Positions 14,824-28,276 of a stretch of DNA of 64,000 nt are shown piece after piece; the first letter of the stretch is position 1, and every line of letters starts with the position of its first letter. The translations under genes were made by a program, and so were the position numbers. The stretch is from Octopus vulgaris (taxonomy: Eukaryota). The DNA lies in contig OX597814.1 in the NCBI GenBank assembly GCA_951406725.2, forward strand, positions 105,524,001 through 105,588,000, written 5' to 3'. The notes under the pieces were generated by a model that was not told the origin of the DNA, searched no databases, and saw nothing but the letters and a program-made list of their open reading frames with translations.

Positions 14824-15544
14824 GCTAAAATAAAAATATATATATAGATATATATTAGAAGGTCTGGAGATGATGTACAGGTATTTTATATTAGAAGAAA
14901 TGAGGTACTCAGAAATTCGGATGGTTTTATATTTACAGATATTTATTTGTATATTACATGTTTTTATACATCATATATGATATATAGCGCTTTCGTCCAT
15001 TCTAGTGGAGTTTTCAAATAGAACTTAAGATATATATATATATATGCACACACACACTCACACTATTATGAATTTTATTTCTCCTGTTTGTATGATCAAA
15101 TCTTTCTCCCAATCCACACACACGTCCTAATAAAGCTGTCGTGGCAGCTGTTGCAATGAACGGGACACTGACAGACTTCCAACTTCTTCAGCGCATTGAC
15201 ACCAACTTCTGTAGTCGTAGAAGAAGCACTGCAGTCGTTCTGGTCGTGGTGGTGGTGGCTAGAGTGGGACAGTCGTTATAGTGATCGTATATAGTGTGTA
15301 GGGCAGTGATATCGTAGTAGTAGTAATAATAGTGCAGTCGTTCTGGCTATAGTAGTGGGTACGAGTTGGCCACTAGTAGCGCTAAGGTCGTGGTGATGTT
15401 GTGTAGTCACTGAGACACCCGCATGACTGCTAGAAGGCCAGCCCCGTTCTAAGGTGTGTTGCTGCTCAATTTTACTGCTTCAGAATGTTTTACTGGGGCT
15501 GTGTCTGTCTACCTTATTTAAAATACCCATCTGATAGCTGTCTC

Positions 15545-16250
15545 ACCCCAGGACACCCTTGCTGTGTGTGTGTGTGTAATACCCAGAGTACCCGTAACAC
15601 TGTAGGACACCTTTGCTCTGTGTGTATGTGTATAATTTATTAGCATACGTATATGATGATACTTCATAGCACTGCAGGGTACCTTGGTTTAAATGTGTGT
15701 GTGTGTGTGTGTAACTTTTCCATAAATACCTATAACACCGCAGGATACTTTTGCTCTGTGTGTGTGTGCCTTGCATACCTCTACCCGTTTCATATCTCTG
15801 TTATCCCAAGACACCTTCGCTGTTTGTGTGTGTGTAACTTTTTTCATCATGTTCTTACCTATCTGATATTTGTACCACCCTAGGACACCTTTATTTGTGT
15901 GTACATTACCTTACACTACCCGTTTAATATTTGTACAATCCCCAGGGCACCTTCATTCTGTATATATTTAACATCAAGTAGTTCCCACCCATCCGATAGC
16001 CGTGGTTCTGTGTACTCACACTAGAGTACCCGTAGGATACCTACAATAGTACCCCCAGATTATCCTTGTTCCCTATGTATGTGCCCAGTACCTATAATAC
16101 TCTTTTAATATCTTTCTGTGTGTGGGACTTCCACAAAGCTTCTACCCATCTGCTATCTTTCTACCCCAGGGCACTCATCCTGTGTGGGTGTGCTAATGTA
16201 AAGTAGCCATTTGATATATGACCATCGCGGGACAGCCGCATTCTGTGTGT
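15545..16250. repeat. Old degenerate tandem repeat (TACCC..CCCAGGACACCTT..CTGTGTGTG)
   Basis: Recurring GGACACCTT/GGATACTT and TACCC motifs at about 55-65 bp spacing. Confidence 0.6.
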
Positions 16251-17352
16251 GTGTGTGAAAGAGAGAGAGAGGGGGGGTTCTTTGTAAATTGAGACATTTC
16301 TTGAGCGAGTCTATGTTTGTGTGTCTATCTCAGGTCTATGTTTGAGAGTCTATTTCGGGATCCTACCAGTTTGTCTTAATTTCCCTTTCAGTCTATCTCG
16401 AGACTTTACCAACCTGTCTATCAGTCTGCTTTTATGGTTTGTTATATTAGGACCCTACTTCTCTGTCTGTTCGTCTTTCTCTCCTCCTCTCCCAGTATCC
16501 CGTTGGGATATACACAGCTGGACTGGTTTAATTTAGTACTGGGCTTATACCATATGTTATAAAAAGAACCTAAATTTATAAAATATGGTCCCTGAATAAA
16601 TGAAAATATCCCATTCATAGCTAATTTATCTAATTATAATTATTTTTACGAACCCAACTGTATAATAGCTAAAGGACCAACATATACTGGGCCAGCTAAC
16701 GGGGGTGGGAAGAGGTCAGCCGAAATAAATGCTAGTGATCCCATCATTATTATTACCCCCAAAGTTTTATATTTATCTGGTGGTGGCCGACGAACGTTAA
16801 CACTGGATGAGGTCGGACGAGAACACGGTGAATTACGACGGAAATTTCAATTGGTGGACCATTCGTTTTAAACGAAACTTGGAAGGCTAAATACTTCGAA
16901 ACAACTTCACACAGATTCACTAATATTAGAACTTCGTTATTACTAAAATATTCTTCCCTGGCACATATATATAATTTAAATATTTGAGGTGTGACATTGA
17001 AAAAAGTAACTTAGAAAGTCGGTGGGGGAGAACGCTTTTCAGATGTTTCTTCCAGTTCTTTATTTTCTGAGTTCGATTTACATCGAGGTCAACTTTTTCC
17101 CTGCCGTCCTCCTTGAGTCGATAAAATAAAGTACCTGTCGAGTACAGAGATGGATGTCATAGATTAGCCCCTGTCCCTTAAAATTTGCTGGTCTTGTTCC
17201 TATTAATAATGTAAACTAGTTTTCTGCTTTTACTGATTAGTATAAAAAGTTTTACAAACAGTTCACAGTTGTCCGTTGAAAAATTTATCTCTGGTTAAAT
17301 AGCGATGGGTTACTTTTGGAGTAATAAATAATAATCTGATTTTATTTATGAA

Positions 17353-17400
<48 letters not shown>

Positions 17401-17635
17401 AGTTCTAGTTAAAGCCAGAGTGAGATTAATCTCGCAGAAATGGAATGGCAAGTCTTGTAATGGAGCAATTGTGACCATTTCCTGCTGCTAATGAAGTTCA
17501 TAAATCATTGTTAATTGTCGTGATTAAATGTGTGTTGGATGTTGGGAGTGACGATTATAAAACTTGGAAGTTTCGACGGGTATATAAGGATAACGATATT
17601 CACCAGTTGGATTGATTGTCATTCAAACGTCCAGC

Positions 17636-17793
17636 CAGGGGCGGACTGAGAGTATTAAGGGCCCTCAGGCATAACTGTTTACCGGGCTACGTTCAATGTG
17701 TGTCTTAGTAGAGTTAACATGTAGAGTAGTGGCCCCGCAGAGCTCAAGGCCCTCGGGCAGTGCCCGATTAACCAACGGCTCGGTCCGCCCCTG
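17636..17793. mobile_element. 158-bp non-autonomous hAT-type MITE
   Basis: 15-bp TIR CAGGGGCGGAC(T/C)GAG and a perfect 8-bp target duplication CGTCCAGC (17628-17635, 17794-17801). Confidence 0.9.
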
Positions 17794-17937
17794 CGTCCAG
17801 CTCTCGTTATTCTCAGCTGTGTCGCAGTGATTCTGACCTGAGGGCATAAAAGTTTGTCTCTGGAATACTCCACCACCTACATGATAATTTAATCATCAAG
17901 GAATACCTTCTCTCTCCTTCTCTCTTATATCAATTGC

Positions 17938-18025
17938 ACTTCATGTTAGCTCTGATGAAGCTATGAGGTGATACACAAGCACTTAGCTGCATCTTAAAGC
18001 GGAAACAGCTGTAAGTTTATGAAGT
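17938..18025 (+). ncRNA. Type I hammerhead ribozyme motif with palindromic helix III
   Basis: acttcatgttagct-CTGATGA-a gctatgaggtg...catcttaaagc g-GAAA-cagctg-TA-agtttatgaagt. Confidence 0.7.
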
Positions 18026-18189
18026 TCATAGCATAATCTTTTATTCCATTGCCATTTTAATTTCTTACACACACACACATACACACACATAGTCCTCTTG
18101 ATCAAACTACTGGAAGACTTATTGTCCAATGCTATCTTAGGATTTAGACCATCTCTTCTCACTCTCTCTTGCACATGCACGGCTCGGCT

Positions 18190-18225
<36 letters not shown>

Positions 18226-18835
18226 CACTGGCTGTTTTGAGACTTTGGTTGTGTATGTGTGTGTGTGTGTGGTTGCTTTAGTTATCTACTGTGTACGTGT
18301 GTGTATGTATGTTCGTCTGTCATAACACTGGTGTGCGTGTGTGTACAAATATATTTGTGTGTGTGTGTGGGTGGACGGACTGGGCTGTGTTGCGCCTAAA
18401 TCTTATTGTAGTGTGTGTGCGCACGAATGTGTCCGTGTATGTATATACCTGTATGTACGCGTGTATATGTGTCTATACATGTGTGCGTATGTTTAACTGT
18501 CACATACATACACAATACCTCTAGATTGCTTGCTCGCGCACGCATGCACACACGCATATGTGTGTGTGTGTATGTATGTTGTGTGTGTGTGTATATCTCT
18601 ATGTCGGGACTGTCTTTAAAATCTAATAATTCCTCACATCTGTGTATCTGTCTATCTCTCTACCGGTTATCTTGTCTGTCTGTTTGTCTACCTAGCTACC
18701 TCGCTTCTCTCTCTCAGCTACTTCAGGATTTATTGGGTCCTAAGCTGTCTGATTCTTTCGCCAACTCTTTCTCTCTTTCATTCCTTATCAGTCTCTCTCT
18801 TTCATTCGCTCTGGCCCTTTCCTCATACATGGTCT

Positions 18836-18898
<63 letters not shown>

Positions 18899-19059
18899 AC
18901 TGCTTCCTTCTACCTACCTACCTATCTATCTATCTATTATATCTATCTATCTATCTATCTACCTATCTATCTATCTATATATCTATCTACCTACCTACCT
19001 ACCTACCTACCTACCTACCTATCTATCTATCTATCTAGCTCTCTCTCTATCTATGTGTG

Positions 19060-19102
<43 letters not shown>

Positions 19103-19150
19103 ATATCTATCTATCTATCTATCTATCTATCCATCCAGCCATCCATCCAT

Positions 19151-19183
<33 letters not shown>

Positions 19184-21039
19184 ATAATCTATCTGTGTAT
19201 CTACCTATCTGTCTGTCTATTTATCTAGCTATCTGTGTATGTATCTATTTGTCTATGCATGTATGTATGTATGTTTATCTATCTCTCCATCTATCCATCC
19301 ATCCCACCCGCCCCACCCTTGATACCCGTCTAACAATACATTCTATAAGTAAAATCTGCTCAATGCCAGTTTCTGACAATATCACGACTCCTTCCCAACC
19401 TCCCTCGGTCTTCGTGTATTCTTTCTCCTGGCCGGACCCTCACTGCTGCAATCTGTCTCCCTTCTTCTCTCCTTCCTTCTGCACCAGTGCTCTGTGCGTG
19501 TGTGTGTTAGTCTTCTTGTTAACTTTAATATATTTCAGAACTTTGTCGCAATTATAGCAATACTTCCGCTTTAAGTTTATAGACATATATCAATAATATA
19601 ACACACACATACACACACACACACACACACATAGCATCCCTTTTTCTTATACAGTGTTCCCCCGCTTTGGCAACGCCTAGATCAAGAAATACGAATCCTG
19701 CACACACACACACACACACTCTCTCTCTCTTTCTTACATACTTTCTCTCTACTCCCCCCACACACTCTCGCATACCTACCCACGTAAAGACAGACACTCG
19801 TGTCTACCCATATACTTTCTCCCTCTCTCTCACACACACAGTCTCTCACATACATTTACTATCACAAAGACACCCACACACCCACCCCTACTCCCAAATG
19901 CACATACATTTATACGCATTCGCTCTCTCTCTCTCTCCCTCCCTCATACACACACGCACACATTCATACAGAATTATTCCGTCTAAACCTCATCGTTTTC
20001 ATGTATATCCAACCTTGTTCAGTCACACCCAGGGTTGGTTCAGGGGTTCATCACACCTGGTCCTGGGAATTTTCGGGCATCTCCGAACAGGGACTGAGAA
20101 ATAACTTCGTACCTCTTTAATAAAATTCCTCTGAGAAATCTCTCTGCGATTAATAAATGGTAACCCGCACCACCCAGCCACCCAAGTCCCGTCCCCTTCG
20201 GCAATTGTGATTTTTTTTTTTCCTTTTGATATTCCTTATCATGTTCCGCATACTCCGCCTCCTTACGCTGTTCTACTCGCTCATTTAAATTGCTCTTTTT
20301 GGTCGTTGATCCCTTGTGGCTAATAAAGAAATGATTATTCCGTCACATTACGTTCTGGTTTCGAATCTTACCGAGGTCATCTTTGCTTTTCATTCTTCCG
20401 CAGTCGATAAATTTAACGTTACCACTCAAGTAATCAACTTAACTCCTTCCCCATCTTCCAAAATCTGGAACCATTATTATTATTATTATTATTCATTGTT
20501 TGAGACACACTCAAGAGGTTCCATTGTTACATAAAAATTTAAGAAAAACAATTGGGTACTTCTTGGAAAATATGCGTAAGAATCTTAAAGATTAACAAAT
20601 CCTGCGTGAGAATAGTCTAAGAGTACTGACAGAACCTAGTTTTCTTTTTGAAAGAAAATAAGTAACTTGGGGATCTTTTCGGTTTGAACGGCAGTTTTTT
20701 CTAGCGGTGTCATATGAAATTGTCACCCATAATTATGACCCTAGTATCGGTCTATTGCATTTCAGTCGGTAGAATTGTTACGACGTCGGACAAAATGCTT
20801 TGAGGTATTTCGTTCTTTATGTTCCAAGTTGAAATTCTGTTGAGATCGACTTTGCCTTTCATCCTTTCGGATGTAATCGATTCGTCCCTCCCCCACCAAA
20901 AAAAAAAAAAAAAAAAAATTTCAGGCCTTGTGCCTATATTTGTAGAAAGGAACATCATCGTTATTGGATGCTGTCAGTCACTTGCTGTCCTCTAACTGTC
21001 GGACAATGCAGTTAGCAGAAGATCCACGTTAACAATATA

Positions 21040-21350
21040 TGGCAAACTAATGCTGGATGAGAGCAAGGACGTCTTCGGTGGTGGTGGGGTTATTCTGAGA
21101 AGCGAAGTAGACGAACTTGGCTGGTCAGTTTCGAAGCCCTTTCAGGCCAGGATCTACTGACGATAACTCCCAGAAAGGACGGTGCTGGTTTGAGACAAAC
21201 TGTTTAGAGCCGAAAGTGTTGTCAGACAGGACAATTCGATTTGTGCGCAGAGACGGAATCGTTTTGCAAGTAGCTGTGCAGTGTTCGTGCATTACTGACT
21301 TGTACAGTTGTGTCGAACAGCTGCTGTCGCATGTGGGACGGACCCGATCG
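21040..21350 (+). mobile_element. Degenerate Tx1/L1-clade ORF2 fragment (C-terminal zinc-finger region)
   Basis: Reads VQCSCITDLYSCVEQLLSHVGR; nucleotides tgtcgaacagctgctgtcgcatgtgggacg match 8141-8169. Confidence 0.6.
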
Positions 21351-21659
21351 ATATAAAAAAAACATCTTTAAAGCATCGAATGGTTATGAATGTCCCTCCC
21401 CGAGTAGAATAAGTATCAAAGGGGTTAATAATAAAAATATGGTTGGGAAACACTGGTCGATATTGAACCCCAGTCTTACAATTACAAAACTTTGTCTTAA
21501 TAGAAGAAATCATTTAAATAATTCGAATTAATCAACGGAGAATGTTTTAGTTTTATCATTTGACGTTCTGAGTTCAAATGCCATCGAGGTCAATTAAAAC
21601 TTTTCGCATTCCACGGATCGATAGAAATATATATCACCAATCACTGAATATTGCTGTCT

Positions 21660-21900
21660 CGAGTCTTTGGACTCATGAGGGCCGGTTACTCGCTTACCGT
21701 AGCACATAAGTAGCCGAGACCACAACATTGCACTGAACGGGGTGCCAGTCTTTGAAAGGGTTACTCATGAAAGCTGAATGGAGTGGGGTAACATAAAATT
21801 GTTTTTGCTGAAGAATAAAAGGCACCGCCTGGTCTGGAAATCGAAACCACACTACCTTGTGAGCGTAAGTGCAACATCCTAACCACTAGGCCACCCGTCT
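21660..21900 (-). mobile_element. Diverged tRNA-headed SINE related to family C
   Basis: TGGCCTAGTGGTTAGG..GGTTTCGATTTCCAGACCAGGCGG head on the minus strand; related 3' piece at about 8540-8680. Confidence 0.65.
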
Positions 21901-23349
21901 TCAGGCTGAATAAAATATAATACAAGCGAAATAGTGAAACCAACGTTAACCATCCATTCTCTCACATCTGGTGTTGAGTTTAATAAAAACTTCGATATTG
22001 CTGATTTGTAATCCTCTTTCCTCAAACTGGATTCACTGCAAACTCGACGATTATGTAAACCTTGCCCCATAAAAATAGCCTCTCATCGCTTTGCAGACCC
22101 TTATGTGACCGGTGCAGGCCGTGTCCCGTAATGGATGACACTTATAGGAAACTGAGGTGGTGTAGAGGGCGCTGCATTAACAGGCTCGTTACAGCATCGG
22201 GCAATAAATAAAGGATTGCTGTGTAGTACCTAGCTGTGCTGTTGACTGTATTACGGTGTGTATATGTGTGTGTGTGTGCATGGTCCTGCTGCTATACGCT
22301 CACACATGTATACACTCTCTCATCACTGCTACATCCATAACATGTCGCTGCTGCATACATTGTTCACGGGAGTCTAAAAAAAAATAGTTTTCGACTTCGT
22401 CACGTCCTGCTGACAACATTGCAAATAAAAGTATAAACACACACACACGTTAACGTATGCGCCCATCCATACACATTCATATGTGCTTACAAGCATGCAT
22501 ACATTCACATTCATGTAGATGTACAACCGTGCATTTATACACGCATGCACACGTGTATCTATTACTTCTGCATTATATATATATGTATATATATACATAT
22601 ATATAGACACACACACACACACACACATTTATATGTACACACGTGCTACATACAGAGATGTGTATATTTATACGAGCATACATAAATGCGCGCGCACGCA
22701 TTCTCTCTCTCTCTCTCTCGCTCTCTCTCTCTCACTCTCTCTCACACACACACACACGTACGCACACACACATTCATGGCGGTATCACGCAGTGACTTAG
22801 ACTTCACTAAAAATACTTGTTTAATGACGTCATATATATCAGTAAATTATGTGTGTGTATAAACTACTATTACTACTACTACTACTACTACTACACACAC
22901 ACACACACATACACACACACACTCACAGACACTAAGAACGAGCAGTGCTATACGTGTTATGCATGCGGCTTGGGACTTAATGCACTTCTGGGACGAGATT
23001 TGAACTTGTTCAACTTGATTCTTCGCTCGATACACACACACACACACACACACACTCTCTCTCTCTCACTCACACACACACGCACACACAGATATTACAT
23101 AAAATAGATGTCATGTCCGATACGAAGAAAAACCAGAAGCCAAACACAACTGATAAGTTGCTGTCTGTGCATATCGCGTGATACAGCAGCAGTCTTTACC
23201 GTTTTACCAAACCCAGCCAAGCCCATACTGGAGCATTTCCTTTTTAGAAACAACAACAACTGACTGAAATTGTTTTGGCTGATTTCTATTTCAAAGAAAC
23301 TCGGCAAAAAAGTTTTTTTTATTGATTTCGTCTTTTTTTTTACTTTAGC

Positions 23350-23590
23350 GTGTATATGTGTGTATTAGAGTATGTGTGTATGTGTGTGACTTTGTGTTTG
23401 CCCCACACCACGCCCCACCGCTTGACAACCAGTGTAAGTTTGTTAACATCCCCATCACTTAGCGGTTCGGCAATAAGAGAACTGATACAAGTACCAGACT
23501 TGAAGCAAAAAAGTACTGTGGTCGATTTGTTCAAGGCAGTGCCACAGCATGGCCGCATTCTGATGACTGAAACAAGGAAAAAGAACAAAA
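23350..23590 (+). mobile_element. SINE family A, 3' half
   Basis: CGCTTGACAACC..AGCGGTTCGGCAA..CAGCATGGCCGCA..GACTGAAACAAG. Confidence 0.75.
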
Positions 23591-26500
23591 CAATAAAAGA
23601 ATGGTGGTGGTGTTTTGTTTTTGTTTTTTTTCGTTTGTTTCGTTTGTTTTGTTGTTGTTGTTGTTTATGTTGTTGTTATGCAACAGGTTTCAATAGTTTC
23701 ATCATCATCACCACCACCACCATCATCACTACCACAATCACCACCACCACCACCATCACCACTACCACCATCACCATCACCACCACCATCATCGCATCCA
23801 TCACAGTATCCCTTCACTTCCTTCAAGGCCCCTTCCCAGTCTACCTCGTCCAATCCTTCCTCCCCTCAAACGTCAACCCCTTAGAACTCCCTCCCTGTCC
23901 CTTTTTTCCCTGCATCATCACAATGTGTCTATATCCAAATATTCAATCATGACTCCGCTGATGTATTTTATTTTATTTTTATTTTCATTGTTTGATCTGG
24001 AGCAGAGTTGGGGCGGGGGACAGCGGTGGTGTTCATTGGCTTTCGTAGGTCGTCTGATACCAGTGAGATTAACGGGGTTAATGTCTTTGTGCAATGGTGG
24101 CAGATGGGCAGCTGCAGGGAAAATAGGGAAGAAGGATTGGACGAGGTCGAGAGGGTAGGGCCTGGGAGGAAGAAGAGGGATACAATATGGGTGGCGGGAG
24201 GAGGAGGAGATGAAGTGGATTACGTGAATGGAGATGACCACACTATGCTGTGTGGAGCAGAGACCACAATAGCGGTGAGGCGGAGGAGATGCAATAAGTC
24301 CGTGGGTCACAGTGGCGGTTGGTAGTTGAAATTAGTCAGGGTGCTGCTTCAGAAAATTTCTAGCCGTTTTGATATCGTGTAAAAAGAAACAAACATAAAA
24401 AGAATATTTATACATAAACTTGATCGGTTCGCGTTTTAGCCATTGCTGAGTAGTGTGTTTAATTCGCTCACTGAACACCGCCGCGAATTCCCCCTTGTTT
24501 TTCAAAAATCCCCTCCTAAATCACAATGTAAGTGGGGGTGGGGGAATGTGCCCTAGTTTTCAAATCCTGGCAGTAATACTGAAGCTGGAAGCAGGATAAT
24601 AAGCTAATTCTACATTTTATCATACTTTATCACAGGGGTTGCGCCCGCAGGCCGATATACTCATATGTATTAAAAAATATTCATTTTTCAGTTATAAAAT
24701 TTATACAGTATTCATATTCCTATTTGCAATATAGGCCGCATTTCCACTACGACTTTAATCGGTTAGACTCGAGCAGAGATTGTTCCACTTGAGTGGACGT
24801 TTTGTTTTCACAATAAAACACTGCTAGGTTTGTACCACCTTCTTGAGACCCAACTACACTCTAGCAGAAAAATATAGAATACTGCAAATATAAATGTCCT
24901 AAATTCAGTGGCAGCATTAATGAAGATGTTACGCGTTAATTTAATGTGTTAAACTTATCTTTATTAATTAATGTTTATTGAATTAAACATAGATATATAC
25001 AAGATTTACAGAGATATAAGAATTAGAACCTGTGATCCGCCCGCGGACCTTTTTCATTGGAAATTTTTGCATATTGCACTAAACAGTTCCCCATTCCTGG
25101 TTTATCACATTCAAGAATATAAACAGGTTTTTAAGGACAACACACGCGGAGTCAAAAAGAAACTCTACCTTTCACCCGTCACTACCGTTCACGCAGTGCT
25201 CTCTCTCTCTTGTGTGACGCTTCCTATCTTGGACATGTGAGCATGCGCACAACTGCCGAACACCGCATCGCTGGAACTGTGAAGTGCACAGTTCTACACA
25301 AAGATTTTTGTATTTTATTTTCGATACACGAACCGCCACTGGTGGGTCGTGATGTCGGAGTTACTGCTGCGTTTGAAAACACAGGTGAATTATGTGTTGG
25401 GTCGTTCATGACTTTTTCAAAATCGACGACAGATATGCGGAAATATTGCTTCTGTTGTTTGACTCGACGTCAACCCTGATATAGAAGGCCTCTGATCCGA
25501 AGTGTTCCAGTCATGACCATCTCGTCTTTCTCTCGACAATTGTATGTTTCTGCTCTTCGCACCCAGTAAGCACCCTACAGCGCGATGCACACCTTGTCTC
25601 TTCAACCTCTTGACATCCATACTAACTACATTACTAAAATCTTAGCTCACATGTTGTACAGATCTCCATCGTTGTCTACGATGTCCCTAAAGCCTGTGGT
25701 CTCTAGCAGTTGAAGTTAAACATCAACTGTATGACACACCACACTGTTATATTGTGTTTCTGTATGTGACGGTGCTGGTTATGATGTATACGGAGCAACG
25801 GGTCTGTGGATCGTCTGACTACCTGTGAATACTGGATCTATTTGGATGAGGACCTTCCTGAGGTTAAAAACCTCGATAACCAGAACCTCTCATGTCTGGG
25901 AGGACCTTTTAAAAGAAGTATTTGCTCTGTCCCTGTTTCTTCTCTTCAAACTAAGTCTACCTTGCACTGGTACCTGATCACACACTGGCGCCGCATAGCT
26001 GCCCTTTGGTACATAGTTACACACTGGAACCTTTGTCAAATATAGGTACATTGATACATGGCCACACATCTTTTGAAAGGAGGGTCGTTGCTCGAACCAA
26101 CCCTCAATGTATGACTGGTACTTACTACATCGACTCTAGCAGTTGAAAAAATTATGTGGACTTGCAACGCAAATGGCAGTAACTAAATACACAAACCATT
26201 TTATTTAGTGCTCCACCGATTCTGTCATTCACAATACACTTCGACCAAGTAATTTTGAAATTAAACATTATATTGTTTACAATTGACACGGGTGTATTAC
26301 TGGTACTACTTGTTGTTTGACGTGTGGTAAAAAGCAACGTGATTCAGCGATGAAGTTTTGGTCTGTGTTTCAAACTGCTTCACTGCAGTCACACTGCTAA
26401 TGTAAGAGGTGTATGAACATCACAACTTCCCACTTTTGATGAAATTCCTTAAATTTCCCTCCTCGCAAAATTTAGGTAATTCCATGTGGTCGTCAGAAGT

Positions 26501-26714
26501 CCCTGTAGATATTACTGGTATTAATTTTACCATCATCACAGAGTTGAAAGATTAAAGGTCAAGCAAGACTGGTTTACAGAATCGAGTTTTTGAATATGGT
26601 TATGTAAGTAGAGTCCAATGATTGGTAGATATGGTTTAGTGCTTAGTAGCTGTAGTGTAAAGGTCTGTACCTATACTGTAGTGGTCTCTTGCTCTAGAAT
26701 TGTAGTCAAGCGGT

Positions 26715-26864
26715 ACAAGCGCTGCTTCCCAACCACATGGATTCAGGTTCAGTTCCACTTTGAGCAAATGTCGTCTACTATAGCCCCGGGTCGACCGAAG
26801 TCTCGTGAGTGGATTTGGTAGACGGAAACTGAAAAGAAGCCCGTCTTATATACATGTGTGTGCA

Positions 26865-26902
<38 letters not shown>

Positions 26903-27112
26903 AAGGCGGTGAGCGCGCCGGACGAAATGCTTAGCAGTATTTCGTCTCTCGTTACGTTCTGAGTTCAAATTCTGCTGAGGTCGACTTTGCCTTTCATCCT
27001 TTCGGGATCGATAAATTAAGAACCAGTTACGCACTGGGGTCGATGTAATCGACTTAATCCCTTTGTCTGTCCATGTTTGTCCCCTCTATGTTTAGCCCCT
27101 TGTGGACAGTAA

Positions 27113-27165
<53 letters not shown>

Positions 27166-27385
27166 GTGTGTGTGTGTATCTCTGCGTCTGTTTGTCCTCC
27201 GTCACTGCTTGCCAATTGGTGTTGGTGTGTTTACGTTCCGTAACTCAGCGGTTCGGCAAAAAAATAAAACAGAAACAAAAACGATAGAATAAGTATCAGG
27301 CTTAAAAAGAAAAATGCTGGAGTTCATTCATACGACTGAAAAAATATTCTTGAAAGCTGTGCCCCAGCATGGCCGCAGTTGAAAA
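26715..27385 (+). mobile_element. SINE family A interrupted by a family B SINE (26903-27120)
   Basis: Head to 26846, family B copy within the internal (TA)n, 3' half resumes at about 27163. Confidence 0.8.
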
Positions 27386-27408
27386 GAAATAAGAGGAATA
27401 TATACATA

Positions 27409-27785
27409 GGTACACAGGAGTGGCTGTGTGGTAAGATGTTTGCTTCCCAACCACATGGTTCCTGGTTCAGTCCCGTTGCGTGGCACCTTGGGCAAGTGTC
27501 TTTTACTATAGCCTCGGGCCGACCAAAGCCTCGTGAGTGGACTTGGTAGGCGGAAATTGAAAGAAGGCCGTCGTATATATGTATGTGTGTGTTTGTCCCT
27601 CCTCCAAACATCACTTGACAACCGATGTTGGTGTGTTTACGTCCACGTAACTTAGCGGTTCGTCAAAAGCGACGATAGAATAAGTACTAGGCTTTCAAAG
27701 AATAAGTCCTGGGGTCGATTTGTTCGACTAAAGGTGGTGCTCCAGCATGGCCGCAGTCAAATGACTGAAACAAGTAAAAGAATAA
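27409..27785 (+). mobile_element. SINE family A (bipartite, tRNA-derived head, internal TA/TG microsatellite), full length
   Basis: Head GGAGTGGCTGTGTGGTAAG...GGTTCAGTCCC (A/B boxes), tail CCAGCATGGCCGCAGTCAAATGACTGAAACAAGTAAAAG. More than 15 whole or partial copies in the window. Confidence 0.9.
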
Positions 27786-28237
27786 AAAAAAACCTTACCA
27801 TTTTGAATGAATTTCCTTGAGACAAAGTAATTAAATGATAAAATATAAAAATATTGGACTGAAATATGTTTAAAGGTGGATATGATGGAATTAACGAAAG
27901 AATCAAATCCCTTGGAGGAGATGCTCCAGTATGGCCGCAACCTATTGCCTGAAGCCAGGGGAAAGATTAAAGAATATGCGAAGAAAGAATAAATACAGCG
28001 AAGAAGGAAGATGGAATCAGCTGGTCCGACGAAACGCGAGCAGCGAGCGAAGCACCGCCTTGCCGGTTCACAGCCACACAGCAGATGTGTGTGTGTGTGT
28101 GTGTGTGTGTGTGGCTGCTGCTGCTGCTTCTACATGGTGTTCTACGACGGACCATTTCTGTGCACGAACACTTTTGATGAAAATGTGTGTGTGTGTATAA
28201 TAAATATATACGCATCTGTCGAGTGCATACATATAAA

Positions 28238-28276
<39 letters not shown>

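Noticed and set aside
24338-24581. Possible hAT MITE (CAGGGTGCTGC ... GCAGTAATACTG)
   Set aside because: TIR match is poor and there is no target-site duplication.
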